Shown: positions 15,621 to 23,931, counted from the stretch's first letter. The stretch is DNA of 39,297 nucleotides from Candidatus Pacearchaeota archaeon (GCA_035360455.1 DAOSAR010000002.1:1-39297); one strand, 5' to 3'. The notes: generated by a model from the letters alone, not told the origin. Made by a program: numbers and translations.

Positions 15621-16937
15621 ATGGAGGAACAATATTTTCAAATCCAAGGCAAAAAACCATTAGCTGGCGAAATTGATGTTAAAGGTTGTAAAAATGCTGC
15701 TACTCCTATTATCGCTGCTACTCTTTTAACCAATCAGCCATGCTACATTCAAAATTTACCATTAGTGGAAGATATTTTTCGAATGCTTGATCTTGTTAAA
15801 GAACTAGGTGCAAAAGTAGATTTTATTGGAGAAAGAGAAGTAAAGATAGAAGCAAAAGACCTTGATCCTTCAAGAATAAGAAAAGAGCTAGTAACAATGC
15901 TCCGTTCATCAGTTTTTCTTTTAGGGCCGTTGCTTTCTCGTTTTGGCGAAGTTAAAATGCCTCAGCCCGGCGGATGCTTAATTGGTGCAAGGCCGGTTGA
16001 TGCACATCTTGAAGGGTTTCAACAATTAGGAGCTGAAGTTGAAAGAGAAGAAAAATATTACATTTTAAAAAGCAAATATTTAAAGTCAGGCGAGGTGGTT
16101 CTTCCAGAATTTAGCGTTACTGCTACTGAAAACATTTTAATGGTCGCTGCTTTATTGCCTGGAAAAACTGTAATTAAAATTGCTGCCCTTGAACCTCACG
16201 TTAAAGACCTTTCAAGGGTTTTAGTGGAAATGGGAGCGAAGATTCGTTGGCTTGAAGATCACACAATTGAGATTGAAGGCAGAAAAAAATTAAAAGGTTT
16301 TTCTCATTTTGTTATTTATGATCCGGTAGAGGCAGGTTCTTTTATTATTTTAGCAGCAGTAACAAAAGGAGATATAGTTATTAAAAACGTTCCCTTGAAT
16401 AATTTAGATCTTGTCTTGCAAAAACTAAAAGAATTTGGTATTTTCCTTGAAAAAATAGAAAGCTCAAAAATTAATGGCGGGGCAAAATTAAAGCAATTTC
16501 AAACCCTTTTTGATGTTAAAACTAAGGCCCCGAAAGAATTTTTGCCAGTTCAAAAAGTTCAAGTTTTGCCTTATCCTGGCATCCCAACTGATCTTCAATG
16601 TGCTTTTGGAGTTTTAGCAACTCAAAATCCTGGCGAAACCTTAATTCATGATCCTTTGTATGAAGGACGATTGAGGTATCTTGACGGTTTAAATAAGATG
16701 GGAGCAGATGTTTCTATTTTAGATCCTCACCGTGCAATTGTTAGAGGACCTTCAAATTTAAAAGGACTTCCTATTGAAAATTATGACTTACGTTCAGGCG
16801 CTGCCTTCATTATTGCCGGCCTTATTGCTGAGGGAGAAACTTTAATTTCCAATGCTTATCAAGTTGATAGAGGTTATGAAAAAATCGAAGAGCGTCTTCA
16901 AAAAGTTGGTGCAGACATAAAAAGGGTAAAAGTATAA
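15621..16937 (+). CDS. murA: UDP-N-acetylglucosamine 1-carboxyvinyltransferase
   Basis: MurA pattern across the full length, including the active-site loop PGGCLIGARPVDAHLEGF and YPGIPTDLQ. A roughly 18-aa insertion lies around 16461-16541. Confidence 0.92.
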   Translation: MEEQYFQIQGKKPLAGEIDVKGCKNAATPIIAATLLTNQPCYIQNLPLVEDIFRMLDLVKELGAKVDFIGEREVKIEAKDLDPSRIRKELVTMLRSSVFLLGPLLSRFGEVKMPQPGGCLIGARPVDAHLEGFQQLGAEVEREEKYYILKSKYLKSGEVVLPEFSVTATENILMVAALLPGKTVIKIAALEPHVKDLSRVLVEMGAKIRWLEDHTIEIEGRKKLKGFSHFVIYDPVEAGSFIILAAVTKGDIVIKNVPLNNLDLVLQKLKEFGIFLEKIESSKINGGAKLKQFQTLFDVKTKAPKEFLPVQKVQVLPYPGIPTDLQCAFGVLATQNPGETLIHDPLYEGRLRYLDGLNKMGADVSILDPHRAIVRGPSNLKGLPIENYDLRSGAAFIIAGLIAEGETLISNAYQVDRGYEKIEERLQKVGADIKRVKV

Positions 16938-16988
16938 AATTTTCAAACAAAAAGTTTAGAAATTAATAATTATAAATTAGAAATTTTT

Positions 16989-17990
16989 ATGAAAATAGGT
17001 ATTGATCTTGGCACTTGTAATTCAATTGTTTTTGTGAAAGGAAAAGGAATTGTTTTGTCAGAACCTACCGTTGTTGCTGTTTCTCAAGAAGAAAACAGAG
17101 TTTTAGCTATTGGGAAAGAAGCAAAAGAAATGCTTGGTCGCACTCCTGATACAATTGTTGCTTACCGTCCATTAAGAGATGGGGTTATTGCTGATTTCAG
17201 AGTTACCGAAGCAATGCTTCGCTATTTCATTCGAAAAGTTCAAGGGCATTTTTCCTTTACAAAACCAGAAGTTTTAATTGGCATTCCAGCTGGAGCTACT
17301 TCAACTGAAAGAAGAGCAGTGATAGAAGCTGCTTTAAAGGCCGGTGCAAAAGAAGCTTTTGTAGCAAAAGAACCGATTCTTTCAGCTATTGGCGCTGGCA
17401 TTCCTATAAACTCTTCTTCTGGCAATATGATTGTTGATATTGGTGGAGGAACAACAGAAGTTGCAGTTATTTCTCTTGGTGGGATTGTTTCAGCATCTTC
17501 AGTAAGAGTTGGTGGAGACAAATTTGATTCAGCTATTGAAAACTATATTAAAGAAAAATATGACCTGGCCATTGGAGAACAAACAGCCGAAAGGATTAAA
17601 ATTCAAATTGGTTCAGCTATGCCCCCAAAAGAAGAAAAAAAGATGAGAATAAAAGGAAGAGATTTAGTTTTGGGCCTGCCAAAAACTATTGAAATTTCCT
17701 CAACTGAAATTTGTCAATCTCTTCAAGATCAATTAGGAGAAATTCTTCAATGTGTTAAAAGTGTTTTAAAAGAAACTCCTCCAGAAATTTCCGCTGACAT
17801 TATGGATAAAGGAATGGTTTTAGCAGGTGGTGGTTCGCTTTTAAGAAGGATTGATGAATATTTGGCCAAAAACACCGGCGTGCCTTCTCAAATTGCCGAG
17901 GAGCCATTTTTTTGCGTAGCAAAGGGCACAGGCATTGTTCTTGAGCATCTTGATACTTATAAAAAGAGTATAATGGCAAAAAAGGCTTAA
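16989..17990 (+). CDS. mreB: MreB-like actin homolog, paralog 1
   Basis: IGIDLGTCNSIVF, NMIVDIGGGTTEVAVISLGGIV and VLAGGGSLLRRIDEYL. Confidence 0.9.
   Translation: MKIGIDLGTCNSIVFVKGKGIVLSEPTVVAVSQEENRVLAIGKEAKEMLGRTPDTIVAYRPLRDGVIADFRVTEAMLRYFIRKVQGHFSFTKPEVLIGIPAGATSTERRAVIEAALKAGAKEAFVAKEPILSAIGAGIPINSSSGNMIVDIGGGTTEVAVISLGGIVSASSVRVGGDKFDSAIENYIKEKYDLAIGEQTAERIKIQIGSAMPPKEEKKMRIKGRDLVLGLPKTIEISSTEICQSLQDQLGEILQCVKSVLKETPPEISADIMDKGMVLAGGGSLLRRIDEYLAKNTGVPSQIAEEPFFCVAKGTGIVLEHLDTYKKSIMAKKA
17424..17489 (+). repeat. 66-bp tract identical to 19864..19929 (mreB paralog 2)
   Basis: aatatgattgttgatattggtggaggaacaacagaagttgcagttatttctcttggtgggattgtt occurs in both genes with no mismatch, while the flanking codons differ extensively. 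Confidence 0.9.
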
Positions 17991-18008
17991 AAGTTATTTT
18001 CAATTTTT

Positions 18009-19274
18009 ATGCTTCGTTCTCAATTTTTTTTAAAAACAAAAAAGGATGTTCCAAAGGGAATCGAGGTTGAATCTCATAAGCTTTTAATTAAGGGAGGTTT
18101 TATTGAACAAGTTTCATCGGGAAGTTTTTGTTTTTTGCCGCTTGGCTGGAAAGTTCATCAAGAAATTGAAAATATTATCAGAGACGAAATGAATAAGACT
18201 GGAGGTCAGGAAGTTTATCTTAATGCTTTAATTCCAAAAGAGCTTTGGCAAAAAACTGGACGTTGGGAAAAGATGGATCCACCCCTTTTTCGAACGAAAG
18301 ATCGTCACCAACAAGAATTTGGCTTGGGACCGACTCACGAGGAAGTAATTACTCAAATTGCTAAAAATTATGTCGAATCTTATAAGGATTTGCCTTTTGC
18401 TCTTTATCAAATTCAAAATAAATTTCGTAATGAAATGAGATTTACCGGCGGACTTTTACGAACGCGGGAATTTATAATGAAGGATCTTTACAGTTTTCAT
18501 CAGGATGAAAAGGATTTAGAAAAATATTTTTATAAAGTAGTAAGAGCTTATGAAAAGATTTTTCGGCGTTGCGGAGTTCCAGCAATAAAAAGCGAGGCAT
18601 CAGGCGCTGGATTTGCTGAAAAAGGAGCAAAAACTTATGAATTTCAGGTTGAGGCAGGCATAGGGGAAGATAAAGTAATTTTTTGCCCAAAATGCAAATG
18701 GGCAGCAAATAGCGAAGTTAGTTCTAAAAAAGAAGGAGAAAAATGCCCGAATTGCAAAGGAATTTTAAAGCAAATTCAAACTATCGAAGTTGGCCATACT
18801 TTTATGCTTGGCACAAAATATTCCAAAGCCTTTGATCTCACTTTTAAAGACAAAGATGGGAAAGAAAAATTAGTTTATATGGGATGCTATGGAATTGGCG
18901 TTGGAAGATTAATGGCAACTATTATTGAAAAAAACCATGATGAAAAAGGGATAATCTTTCCAAAAGAAGTAGCGCCGTTTGATATTTACTTAATCCCACT
19001 ATTTTCTGGGAATGAAACAATCGACAGAAAAATTAAAAATCTATCAAAAAAAATTTATGAAAGTTTAAAAAAGCGAGGAGTTGATGTATTATTTGATGAT
19101 AGAGAAGATAGGTCAACGGGCGAGAAGTTTGCTGATTGCGACTTAATTGGCGTTCCCAAAAGAATTGTAATTTCCGAAAGAACCTTAGAAAAAGATTGCA
19201 TAGAAATAAAAGGAAGAAAAGAGAAAAAGGGAAAACTGGTTAAAATGGCAAAAATATTATCAACGAATTACTAA
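18009..19274 (+). CDS. proS: Prolyl-tRNA synthetase, bacterial-type N-terminus, lacking the INS editing domain and carrying a Cys4 knuckle
   Basis: N-terminus LRSQFFLKTKKDVPKGIEVESHKLLIKGGFIEQVSSGSFCFLPLGW, then RTREFIMKDLYSFH, GCYGIGVGRLMATIIE, and an anticodon-binding C-terminus. The protein is only 421 aa. CPKCKW...CPNCKG sits where INS would be. Confidence 0.9.
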   Translation: MLRSQFFLKTKKDVPKGIEVESHKLLIKGGFIEQVSSGSFCFLPLGWKVHQEIENIIRDEMNKTGGQEVYLNALIPKELWQKTGRWEKMDPPLFRTKDRHQQEFGLGPTHEEVITQIAKNYVESYKDLPFALYQIQNKFRNEMRFTGGLLRTREFIMKDLYSFHQDEKDLEKYFYKVVRAYEKIFRRCGVPAIKSEASGAGFAEKGAKTYEFQVEAGIGEDKVIFCPKCKWAANSEVSSKKEGEKCPNCKGILKQIQTIEVGHTFMLGTKYSKAFDLTFKDKDGKEKLVYMGCYGIGVGRLMATIIEKNHDEKGIIFPKEVAPFDIYLIPLFSGNETIDRKIKNLSKKIYESLKKRGVDVLFDDREDRSTGEKFADCDLIGVPKRIVISERTLEKDCIEIKGRKEKKGKLVKMAKILSTNY

Positions 19275-19410
19275 TCCATTACGAATTTACGAATGTGAAA
19301 ACTATTATCCGAATCCGCGAATAATTATCCGAATCTGCGAATTTACGAATTTGGATATTTATGTTCGTTGATTCGTATATTCGAATTAATTCGTAATTCG
19401 TAGAGGTTTT
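19275..19410. repeat. Intergenic spacer with about 7 CGAAT-containing words followed by 4 to 5 ATTCG words (inverted word array)
   Basis: The left arm is attacgaatttacgaat...atccgaatccgcgaat...atccgaatctgcgaatttacgaat. The right arm is attcgtatattcgaattaattcgtaattcgta. For example, TACGAAT at 19344-19350 pairs with ATTCGTA at 19371-19377. Confidence 0.7.
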
Positions 19411-20445
19411 ATGTTTTTTCATCGCGACATTGGAATTGATCTTGGAACGGCAAATACTTTAGTTTATGCGAAAGGCCGGGGAATTATTATTAACGAACCT
19501 TCGGTAGTGGCCATTAATAAAAAAACAGGTCAAGTTTTAGCAGTGGGCGAAGAAGCTAGAAAAATGGTTGGCAAAACCCCAGGCCACATTGTTGCAACAA
19601 AACCCTTAGTTGGAGGAGTCGTTTCTGATTTTGAAATTACTGAACAAATGCTTCGTTATTTTATTGATAAAGTTTGCGGAAAAAGATTTTTTCCTTGGCC
19701 TCAGCCACGTTTAGTGATTGGTGTTCCTTGCGGAGTAACTGAGGTTGAGAAAAAGGCAGTAGAAGATGCAGCGCGAAATGCAGGTGCTGGAGAGGTTTAT
19801 TTGATTGAAGAACCAATGGCTGCGGCTATTGGCGCGCGTTTGCCAGTTCAGGAAGCAGGAGGAAATATGATTGTTGATATTGGTGGAGGAACAACAGAAG
19901 TTGCAGTTATTTCTCTTGGTGGGATTGTTAACTCACGCTCAATTAGGGTGGCTGGCAATAAATTAGATCAAGATATCATTCGTTATGCCGAGGAAAAATT
20001 TAAATTGATTTTAGGAGAAAGAACAGCAGAAGAAATAAAAATTAAAATTGGCTCAGCAATACCTTTAAAAGAAAAGCTCGAATATCCGATGAGAGGAAGA
20101 GATATTATTACGGGCTTGCCAAAAGAAATTATGGTTAGCGATGAAGATATTCGCGAAGCAATAAAAGGCTCAGTAAGAACAATTGTAAATGAAGTTAAAG
20201 CAGCGGTTGAAGATACGCCTCCTGAGCTTTTAGCTGATATTATGGCAAAAGGAATTTATCTTGTAGGGGGAGGTAGTCTTTTGCGAGGGCTAGATGAACT
20301 TTTAAAAAAAGAAACAAAAATTCCAGTAAAAATACCTGAAGATTCAATGACAGCTGTTGCGCGAGGTTGTGGTATTGTTCTTGAAAATTTACCAAAATTA
20401 AGAGAAGTTTTAGTATCAACAGAAGAGCTAGAGGCACCGAAATAA
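19411..20445 (+). CDS. mreB: Rod-shape-determining protein MreB, paralog 2 (more canonical)
   Basis: DIGIDLGTANTLVY, NMIVDIGGGTTEVAVISLGGIV and YLVGGGSLLRGLDELLKKET. Confidence 0.92.
   Translation: MFFHRDIGIDLGTANTLVYAKGRGIIINEPSVVAINKKTGQVLAVGEEARKMVGKTPGHIVATKPLVGGVVSDFEITEQMLRYFIDKVCGKRFFPWPQPRLVIGVPCGVTEVEKKAVEDAARNAGAGEVYLIEEPMAAAIGARLPVQEAGGNMIVDIGGGTTEVAVISLGGIVNSRSIRVAGNKLDQDIIRYAEEKFKLILGERTAEEIKIKIGSAIPLKEKLEYPMRGRDIITGLPKEIMVSDEDIREAIKGSVRTIVNEVKAAVEDTPPELLADIMAKGIYLVGGGSLLRGLDELLKKETKIPVKIPEDSMTAVARGCGIVLENLPKLREVLVSTEELEAPK
19864..19929 (+). repeat. 66-bp tract identical to 17424..17489 (mreB paralog 1)
   Basis: Exact match by direct comparison of the two stretches. Confidence 0.9.
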
Positions 20446-20511
20446 AATTCCAAATTCCAAATATTAGAATTTTTTTGAAAATTAAAAATTTAAAATTAGA
20501 AATTTTGATTT

Positions 20512-20799
20512 ATGGAAATTGATCATATTTTAAAATTAGCTCGGTTGGAAGTTTCAAAAGAAGAAAAACAACATTTGGAGAAAGATTTTTCTTCGATTTT
20601 AGAATTTGTCAAAACGCTCGATGAAGTTAAAATTAACAAAGAAGAGCTAAAAAAACAAAAAGGTGGATTTAAAAATGTAATGAGAAAAGACGAAACAAAA
20701 TTAAAAGTTAAAAACGAAAAATTAAAAATGAGTGAAAAATTAATTAAATCAGCACCAGAAACAAAAGATGGATATATTAAAACAAAACAAATACTATAA
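20512..20799 (+). CDS. gatC: Asp/Glu-tRNA amidotransferase subunit C
   Basis: IDHILKLARLEVSKEEKQHLEKDFSSILEFVKTLDEV is the GatC pattern. The gene lies immediately upstream of gatA. Confidence 0.85.
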   Translation: MEIDHILKLARLEVSKEEKQHLEKDFSSILEFVKTLDEVKINKEELKKQKGGFKNVMRKDETKLKVKNEKLKMSEKLIKSAPETKDGYIKTKQIL

Positions 20800-20837
20800 A
20801 ATAGTTTTGATTACTCCTTTCCCAAGATGCTAAAGTT

Positions 20838-22334
20838 ATGACTATTACCGAACTTCATCAAAAATTTATTAAAAAAGAGTTATCGCCAGTAGAAATGGTT
20901 AAAGATTATTTTAAAAAAATTAAAAAAGATGATAGAGAAATTCATGCTTTTTTAACTTTAATGGAAGATGAAGCGTTTTTAGAAGCAAAAGAAGCCGAAA
21001 AAAAATTTTTAAAAGCAAAATCAAAAAATGACATTGAAAAAATTCCTCTTTTATGTGGCATACCTTGCGCTGTTAAAGACAATATTTTGATTGAAGATGT
21101 AAGATGCACAGCTGGTTCAAAAATTCTCGAAGATTACATTGCTCCTTATAGTGCCACAGTAATTGAAAAATTAAAAAATTTAGGAGTAGTATTTTTAGGA
21201 AAAACCAATCTTGATGAATTTGCTATGGGAGCTTCAACAGAAACCTCAGCTTACGGAGTAACGCATAATCCAATTGATAAAACTCGAGTTCCTGGTGGTT
21301 CTTCTGGCGGATCAGCTGCTGCTGTTGCTGCTGATTTTTGCCAATTTGCTTTAGGTTCTGACACTGGTGGCTCAATTCGTCAGCCGGCTTCTTTTTGCGG
21401 AGTTGTTGGTTTAAAACCAACCTATGGAGCAGTTTCAAGATATGGCTTAATTGCAATGGCTTCTTCTCTTGATCAAATCGGACCAATAACAAAAAACGTT
21501 GAAGATGCAGAAATAGTATTTAAAGCAATTAAAGGTAAGGACTCTTATGATTCGACTTCTGTCGAATCAGAGTTTCCAATTGCCGAACCCTACGAAGCAG
21601 AGCGAGGCGTAAAAAGAAGTAAAGCCTCATTGGATTCTACTTTTCAATTTTCAAAACTACGCATTGGTATTCCCAAAGAGTACTTTATTAAAGGAATAGA
21701 AAAGGATGTAAAAGAGAATATTGAAAAAGCTATAGAAAAATTTCAAAAATTAGGAGCAAAAATAGAAAGTATTTCTCTCCCGCATACAAAATATGCTTTA
21801 GCAACTTATTACTTAATTATGCCATCAGAAGTTTCTTCAAACTTAGCAAGATATGATGGGATTAGATATGGCTTGTCTAAATCTAAAATTTCAAAACTAA
21901 CTCCAAAAAATTCATTTGAAATTTATTCAAAAATTCGAGGAAAATATTTAGGGGCAGAAGCAAAAAGAAGAATTTTACTTGGAACTTTTGCTTTATCAGC
22001 TGGCTATTACGATCAATATTATTTAAAAGCAAGAATGGTAAGAGAGCTTATTAAAAAAGATTTTGAAATTGCTTTTCAAAAAGTTGATTTAATCTTAACA
22101 CCAGTTTCACCGACAACAGCTTTTAAAATTGGTGAAAACATTAATGATCCAGTAAAAATGTATTTATCAGATATCTTTACAGTGGGAGTAAGTTTAGTAG
22201 GTTTGCCAGCTCTTTCTTTACCATGCGGGAATTCAAAAGAAGGATTGCCAATCGGTTTACAAATTATTGGGAAACCTTTTAAAGAAAATATTATTTTAAA
22301 AACAGCAAAAACCTTCGATGAATTTTATTCTTAG
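20838..22334 (+). CDS. gatA: Asp/Glu-tRNA amidotransferase subunit A
   Basis: Amidase signature GGSSGGSAAAVA and GSDTGGSIRQPASFCGVVGLKPTYG. It contains extra residues around 21573-21655. Confidence 0.92.
   Translation: MTITELHQKFIKKELSPVEMVKDYFKKIKKDDREIHAFLTLMEDEAFLEAKEAEKKFLKAKSKNDIEKIPLLCGIPCAVKDNILIEDVRCTAGSKILEDYIAPYSATVIEKLKNLGVVFLGKTNLDEFAMGASTETSAYGVTHNPIDKTRVPGGSSGGSAAAVAADFCQFALGSDTGGSIRQPASFCGVVGLKPTYGAVSRYGLIAMASSLDQIGPITKNVEDAEIVFKAIKGKDSYDSTSVESEFPIAEPYEAERGVKRSKASLDSTFQFSKLRIGIPKEYFIKGIEKDVKENIEKAIEKFQKLGAKIESISLPHTKYALATYYLIMPSEVSSNLARYDGIRYGLSKSKISKLTPKNSFEIYSKIRGKYLGAEAKRRILLGTFALSAGYYDQYYLKARMVRELIKKDFEIAFQKVDLILTPVSPTTAFKIGENINDPVKMYLSDIFTVGVSLVGLPALSLPCGNSKEGLPIGLQIIGKPFKENIILKTAKTFDEFYS
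21573..21655 (+). repeat. In-frame tract of about 83 nt shared with ileS (36720..36802)
   Basis: An ungapped hand alignment gives about 67 of 83 identical positions. Both copies are in codon phase 0 and encode F(P/Q)IAEP(Y/C)EA(E/R)R(G/D)VKR(S/G)K(A/I)SL(D/N)S(T/K)FQF. Confidence 0.8.
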
Positions 22335-22393
22335 GGTTTTGTCTTTTTATCTTTATTCTTCGCTTAGGTTTTTTTGAAAGCTTTTTAAATAAA

Positions 22394-22423
22394 ACTCCGC
22401 CATCAAAAATGGCGGAGTTTTTA
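22394..22423. terminator. Bidirectional rho-independent terminator between convergent genes
   Basis: ACTCCGCCAT-caaaa-ATGGCGGAGT, flanked by an A-run upstream and TTTTTAT downstream. Confidence 0.8.
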
Positions 22424-22468
22424 TAATCAAAGTCATTTTTTCTTTCCTCTTTCATTCTATGATTAATT

Positions 22469-23707
22469 TTATTTTGGAGTTTTTTCCTTTGATCTTTTTC
22501 TTTCAATAATGCCATATCCAAGAATTGCAGAAAGGATTGAAAGGATTATTGCCGATGAAGCACCAGTTGTAGGAACATTAGGAATTGTTCTTTCAGTTGA
22601 AGCTCCCAAAACCTGACCAGGCGGTGTTGAAGGCGTTGGTATGGGAATTTCCGGTTTTGGAGTAGGAACTAAAGTAGGTGTTAAAGAAAGATCTGCTTCA
22701 AAAACCACATGTCCTTGATATGGCCAACATCCTTCAATATCGCCGATAGTCACAGTTGCTCTATTATTAGAAATAGTAACTGGCACTGATTTTCCTTCGC
22801 TAGACTGATTTGGATACCAAAGAGCAGTTGTTTTAAAGATAAGTTTTTCATTAGCATTGTTGGTCAAATTAATTGTTCCTTGATCGTAAACCGCAGTAGC
22901 ATTATCTGCCTCTATTATTCCCACTGTAACAATTTTATTTCCTGGTTCTGTTGGAAATTCAATCGAGATTTTTACATTTTTTGCAGTAGAGCATTCAATT
23001 CCATTATGGTAGTAAACATCGAAACTAATCGTATCTCCCGCATCGGCCGAGATCGGATCTTGCCAGTCTGCAGTCCCTTTAGTTTTGTTTTTCAATCTCA
23101 AGGTTTCCTTGTCGTTTGTCATAAAATTAAACTGAGGATTGGGTTTTGAAATTGTTCCTTCAAAAACTACATGACCTTGACTTTGCCAACCGCCTGCAAT
23201 GTTGCCGATATTTACAAGAACACTATTCGATTGAACAAATGTCACAGATTTATTTTGAGAAACAGTGCCTTGATTTGGATACCACAAAGCGTTCTTGTCG
23301 AAAGTAAAACTTAACCCAGAACAGGGAACTTCTACTATTCCAAGATCGTCAACATAATTTGCATTATCTGCCCAAAGAAAAGCGTGAAATTTTAATTTAT
23401 TATTTTTGTTGTCTTCAAAATCCAATCTAATCTGGGTGTTTTTTGCAGTTGTACCTGCGACTGTATTGTGGTAATAAACATCAAAAGCAATTTTATCTCC
23501 AGCTTTTGCCGAAATCTGATCTTGCCAATCTGTGGTTCCTGTAGTTCTATTTTTCATTCTCAAAGTTGATTTGTCTTGAGGATCATTATTAAATACAGGA
23601 GCAGCAGCAAAAACTTTTTCTGGCATAAAAGCAATTCCTTCAATCAAAACTAAACTTAAGAGAATACTTCCTCCAATAATTTTTTTAAAAATATTTTTTG
23701 CATTCAT
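22469..23707 (-). CDS. Secreted surface protein with two beta-sandwich-like repeats, a Pro-rich stalk and a VPTTG sortase sorting signal
   Basis: The track ORF starts at a GTG at 23767. ATG at 23707 (MNAKNIFKKIIGGSILLSLVL...AAAP) gives a clean signal peptide. There are two repeats of about 150 aa (STLRMKNRTTGTTDWQDQISAKAGDKIAFDVYYHN... and ETLRLKNKTKGTADWQDPISADAGDTISFDVYYHN...). The C-terminus is NVPTTGASSAIILSILSAILGYGIIERKRSKEK. Confidence 0.8.
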   Translation of the reverse strand: MNAKNIFKKIIGGSILLSLVLIEGIAFMPEKVFAAAPVFNNDPQDKSTLRMKNRTTGTTDWQDQISAKAGDKIAFDVYYHNTVAGTTAKNTQIRLDFEDNKNNKLKFHAFLWADNANYVDDLGIVEVPCSGLSFTFDKNALWYPNQGTVSQNKSVTFVQSNSVLVNIGNIAGGWQSQGHVVFEGTISKPNPQFNFMTNDKETLRLKNKTKGTADWQDPISADAGDTISFDVYYHNGIECSTAKNVKISIEFPTEPGNKIVTVGIIEADNATAVYDQGTINLTNNANEKLIFKTTALWYPNQSSEGKSVPVTISNNRATVTIGDIEGCWPYQGHVVFEADLSLTPTLVPTPKPEIPIPTPSTPPGQVLGASTERTIPNVPTTGASSAIILSILSAILGYGIIERKRSKEKTPK

Positions 23708-23788
23708 ATTTTTTCCGTTAGAAATAATTTTTAACGAATCTGTTTTTATTTCGACCTTTTCAACCACCTTTAGGCAGTTTTAAACAAA

Positions 23789-23817
23789 ATTATAAATATT
23801 TTAAAAACATTTGTCAA
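23789..23817 (-). promoter_or_regulatory. Consensus promoter for the surface-protein gene
   Basis: Minus strand reads TTGACA (plus 23812-23817), a 17-nt spacer, then TATAAT (plus 23789-23794). Confidence 0.55.
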
Positions 23818-23869
23818 CTCTTTTTACTTAGTTCAAATTTTTTCTTTATTTAAACCAAATAAAAAGGGT

Positions 23870-23914
23870 GGGAGCTATCAAATCTTAAAACCTCCCTTCT
23901 ATAAGATAGCTCCC
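23870..23914 (-). terminator. Terminator candidate after the S/G-rich protein gene
   Basis: 10-bp stem GGGAGCTATC / GATAGCTCCC. On the minus strand it is followed by ACCCTTTTTATTT. Confidence 0.5.
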
Positions 23915-23931
23915 TTTAATAAAAATACTAC

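Noticed and set aside
17240-18708. Minus-strand ORFs inside mreB and proS (17240..17521, 17800..18003, 18228..18416, 18472..18708)
   Set aside because: They are antisense to conserved genes and have no motifs.
19275-19410. CRISPR array as an interpretation of the repeated intergenic words
   Set aside because: The words are only 5-8 nt long, are directly adjacent or irregularly spaced, and have no 25-40 nt repeat/spacer periodicity. No cas genes are present.
20240-23149. ORFs 20240..20437(-), 20256..20453(-), 21223..21492(-), 22291..22521(-) and 22880..23149(+)
   Set aside because: They overlap mreB, gatA, the terminator or the surface-protein gene on the wrong strand. ORF 22291..22521 runs straight through a strong terminator hairpin.
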